Assembly (NCBI GenBank): GCA_964505115.1
Contig: CAZDHN010000002.1
Location: 1-37,112, forward strand
Direction of reading: 5' to 3'
Origin: an uncultured Planctomycetaceae bacterium
GTDB taxonomy: Bacteria; Planctomycetota; Planctomycetia; Pirellulales; Thermoguttaceae
Length of the DNA: 37,112 bases
The notes below the pieces were generated by a model. The model did no database searches. It was not told where the DNA came from and saw nothing but the letters and a program-made list of their open reading frames with translations. Shown here in pieces: positions 34,945 through 37,112 of the stretch. Both the position numbers and the translations under genes were made by a program. Numbering within the stretch: position 1 is the stretch's first letter; each line of letters opens with the position of its first letter.

Positions 34945-36813
34945 TCACTCCACCGTAACGCTCTTGGCCAGGTTACGCGGCTTGTCGACGTCGCAGCAGC
35001 GGGCGACGGCAATGTGGTAGGCCAGTAGTTGCAGGGGGATGATGCTGACGATCGGCTGCAAATACTCTTCGATGGCCGGCACCTCGATCACGTCGTCGGC
35101 CAGTTCGGCCACCGCCGTGTCGCCCTCGCAGACCACGGCTATCACCGGTCCGCCGCGTGCCTTAATCTCCTCGAGGTTGCCCATCACCTTGTCGTAAACC
35201 GGTCCGTGCGGCACGAGGAACACGCTGGGTGTCTTCTCGTCGACCAGCGCGATCGGGCCGTGCTTCATCTCGGCGGCCGGGTATCCTTCGGCGTGAATGT
35301 AGCTGATCTCCTTCAGCTTCAACGCGCCTTCCAACGCGGTGGGGAAATTGAACTGCCGCCCCAAGTAGAGGAAGTTGTCGCAAGGCGCGTACTTCTCGGC
35401 GATGCGGCGGACCTTGTCGCTGGTGGCCAGCGCTTTGCGAACCTTGTCCGGCAGGGCCTGCAATTCCTCGATTATCCGCATGCCCACGTCGAACCCCAAA
35501 TGTCGCAAGCGGCCGAAATACAGCGCCAGAAGCGCCGTCACCACGCACTGCGAAGTGAAGGCCTTCGTCGACGCCACGCCTATCTCGGGGCCCGCGTGCA
35601 AGTAGACGCCGCCGTCGGCCTCGTTCGCTATGGAACTGCCCACCACGTTGCAGATGGCCAAGGTCGGATACCCCTTGCGCTTCATCTCCAGAAGCGCGGC
35701 CAGCGTGTCGGCCGTCTCGCCGCTCTGAGTGATGGCGAAAACCAGCGTGTTGTTCTCCAGCGGCGGGTTGCGGTAGCGTAACTCGCTGGCATACTGCACC
35801 TCGACGGGCATTCGGGCAAGCGCCTCGAGTTGATACTCGGCCACCAAGGCCGCGTGCCAACTGGTGCCGCAGGCGGTCAGCAGAATCCGCTCGGCCGAAC
35901 GAAGCTGCACCGGCGTCAGACGCAACCCGTCCAGCCGGGCCGTGGCCGCGTCGAAATCGAGCCGGCCGCGAAGCGCGTTCTCGATCGACTCGGGCTGCTC
36001 GAATATCTCTTTGAGCATGTAGTGGTCGTAGTGGCCCAGGTCGACATCGTTCGATTCCAGGTCGAGCACGCACACATCGTGATGCACGTTACCCGAATCG
36101 CGATGCACCACCCTGAGCGCGTCGGGTGTAATCACGGCCAGTTCGTTGTCGGCCAGGTAGACGATCTTCTCGGTTAGCCCAACCAGGGGCGAGGCGTCGC
36201 TGGCCACGAAGTGCTCGCCGGCTCCAACACCCACGATCAGCGGGCTGCCGCGCCGGGCGGCAATCAACAGGTCCGGGTAATCGCGAAAGAGAATCACCAG
36301 CCCGTAGGTGCCGCGAAGTTGAGCAAGCGCCGCCTGAACGGCCAACACGAGCGGCTGATAGTTGTCGGCGGTCGGGTCGTCGCAGGGCGGCTGCCGCTTG
36401 AGGCAGTCGGCCACCAGATGGGCGATTACTTCCGTGTCGGTCGACGACTTGAAAACGTACCCCTCGCTTTCCAGCCGCTGCTTCAGAGGCCGGAAGTTCT
36501 CGATCACCCCGTTATGGACGATCGCCAGTTGCGCGTTGCCGCCGAGGTGCGGGTGGGCGTTGTCGTTGCTTGGCGGGCCGTGCGTGGCCCAACGGGTGTG
36601 GCCGATACCCAGGTTGCCCGGGGCGGGCAGCTCGGCCAGTCGAGTTTCGAGTTGTTGGAGCCGGCCGGCCGTCTTGGTCACGCGAATCGTGCCGTTGGAA
36701 TTGATCGTGGCCACGCCCGAACTGTCGTAGCCCCGATATTCCAGCCGACGCAAACCGCTCACCAGGAACTCGGCCGCCTCGCCCGGTCCAACGTATCCCA
36801 CAATTCCACACAT
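34945..36813 (-). CDS. glmS: Glutamine--fructose-6-phosphate aminotransferase (isomerising)
   Basis: MCGIVGYVG... N-terminal catalytic Cys, two SIS domains, C-terminal ...RNLAKSVTVE. 622 aa. Confidence 0.97.
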   Translation of the reverse strand: MCGIVGYVGPGEAAEFLVSGLRRLEYRGYDSSGVATINSNGTIRVTKTAGRLQQLETRLAELPAPGNLGIGHTRWATHGPPSNDNAHPHLGGNAQLAIVHNGVIENFRPLKQRLESEGYVFKSSTDTEVIAHLVADCLKRQPPCDDPTADNYQPLVLAVQAALAQLRGTYGLVILFRDYPDLLIAARRGSPLIVGVGAGEHFVASDASPLVGLTEKIVYLADNELAVITPDALRVVHRDSGNVHHDVCVLDLESNDVDLGHYDHYMLKEIFEQPESIENALRGRLDFDAATARLDGLRLTPVQLRSAERILLTACGTSWHAALVAEYQLEALARMPVEVQYASELRYRNPPLENNTLVFAITQSGETADTLAALLEMKRKGYPTLAICNVVGSSIANEADGGVYLHAGPEIGVASTKAFTSQCVVTALLALYFGRLRHLGFDVGMRIIEELQALPDKVRKALATSDKVRRIAEKYAPCDNFLYLGRQFNFPTALEGALKLKEISYIHAEGYPAAEMKHGPIALVDEKTPSVFLVPHGPVYDKVMGNLEEIKARGGPVIAVVCEGDTAVAELADDVIEVPAIEEYLQPIVSIIPLQLLAYHIAVARCCDVDKPRNLAKSVTVE

Positions 36814-36961
36814 GGTTCCTTACCCCTTATTGGGCACTAACAGTTAGCCCGGTCGCCTGCGACCGGAAAGCGGGGCGGTTTCCGCTAGATTCCCGTCGCG
36901 GGCGACGGGGCTAACACGGACTGTCACATGCTACCCAAGAAACGGTCGATTTGAACCAGAT
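36812..36961. mobile_element. Family A element, copy A5 (long subfamily), abutting the glmS start codon
   Basis: 124-bp core with 5 mismatches versus A2. Left end ATGGTTCC starts inside the glmS ATG. 10-nt direct repeat AATTCCACAC at 36802-36811 and 36966-36975. Confidence 0.8.
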
Positions 36962-37058
36962 CAATAATTCCACACCAGAGCAGGGTGCAATACAGCGGCA
37001 AGTCTAGCACAAGGCGGCCTAATCCCGCAGCGCGAATTCTGCCTGGCCCGAATCTTTT

Positions 37059-37112
37059 GGCGCAGGAACGGGTTTGCGGAACCTCAATGGATCGGTGACA
37101 CGTTGGTAGCTG
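37059..37112. mobile_element. Family B element, copy B4 (truncated by window end)
   Basis: GGCGCAGGAACGGGTTTGCGGAACCTCAATGGATCGGTGACACGTTGGTAGCTG matches the left part of B1 (799-849) and the reverse complement of B2's right part. Confidence 0.7.

Noticed and set aside
36814-36961. glmS ribozyme or other riboswitch in the glmS leader
   Set aside because: The leader is a family A repeat copy, with 5 mismatches in 124 bp versus 11881-12029. I see none of the conserved glmS-ribozyme core, and that ribozyme is not expected in this type of genome.

Overview
High-GC bacterial chromosomal segment. The gene content looks Planctomycetota-like (inference): Tat-signal Gfo/Idh/MocA oxidoreductases, a PmoA-like/DUF6807 protein, a sulfatase, heparinase II/III and a 1667-aa PQQ-propeller/CBM9/malectin protein. 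About 26 protein genes are supportable. They include typA/bipA, glmS, greA, csrA and yjbQ, an RND efflux pair, a hybrid histidine kinase, an aldo/keto reductase, a URO-D family protein, a PIN-domain module and several hypotheticals. There is also one tRNA(CAT). I saw no transposase, CRISPR array, rRNA or prophage genes. The most unusual content is non-coding. (i) Four families of nested-palindrome intergenic repeats give 13 elements. Two families carry 9-bp flanking direct duplications and so behave like MITEs, and one copy abuts and partly supplies the glmS start codon. (ii) An A/T-rich island of about 2 kb (12.5-14.5 kb) holds csrA and an unknown co-oriented upstream ORF. It also holds a 17-nt tandem repeat running out of the csrA coding tail, a structured 3' region, and a 436-nt gap with serial GGA-loop hairpins. 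I propose that gap, speculatively, as a CsrA-sponge sRNA candidate. Also notable are an acidic Ser/Tyr-rich membrane-anchored disordered protein, a sulfatase with a non-canonical C-S-T-T-R active-site motif, a reverse-order PIN module next to an orphan antitoxin, and a half-tRNA remnant beside the tRNA. All functional calls rest on my reading of motifs in the translated ORFs. No searches or folding programs were run. The ORF track shows non-ATG starts as M, so several starts were re-picked by eye.
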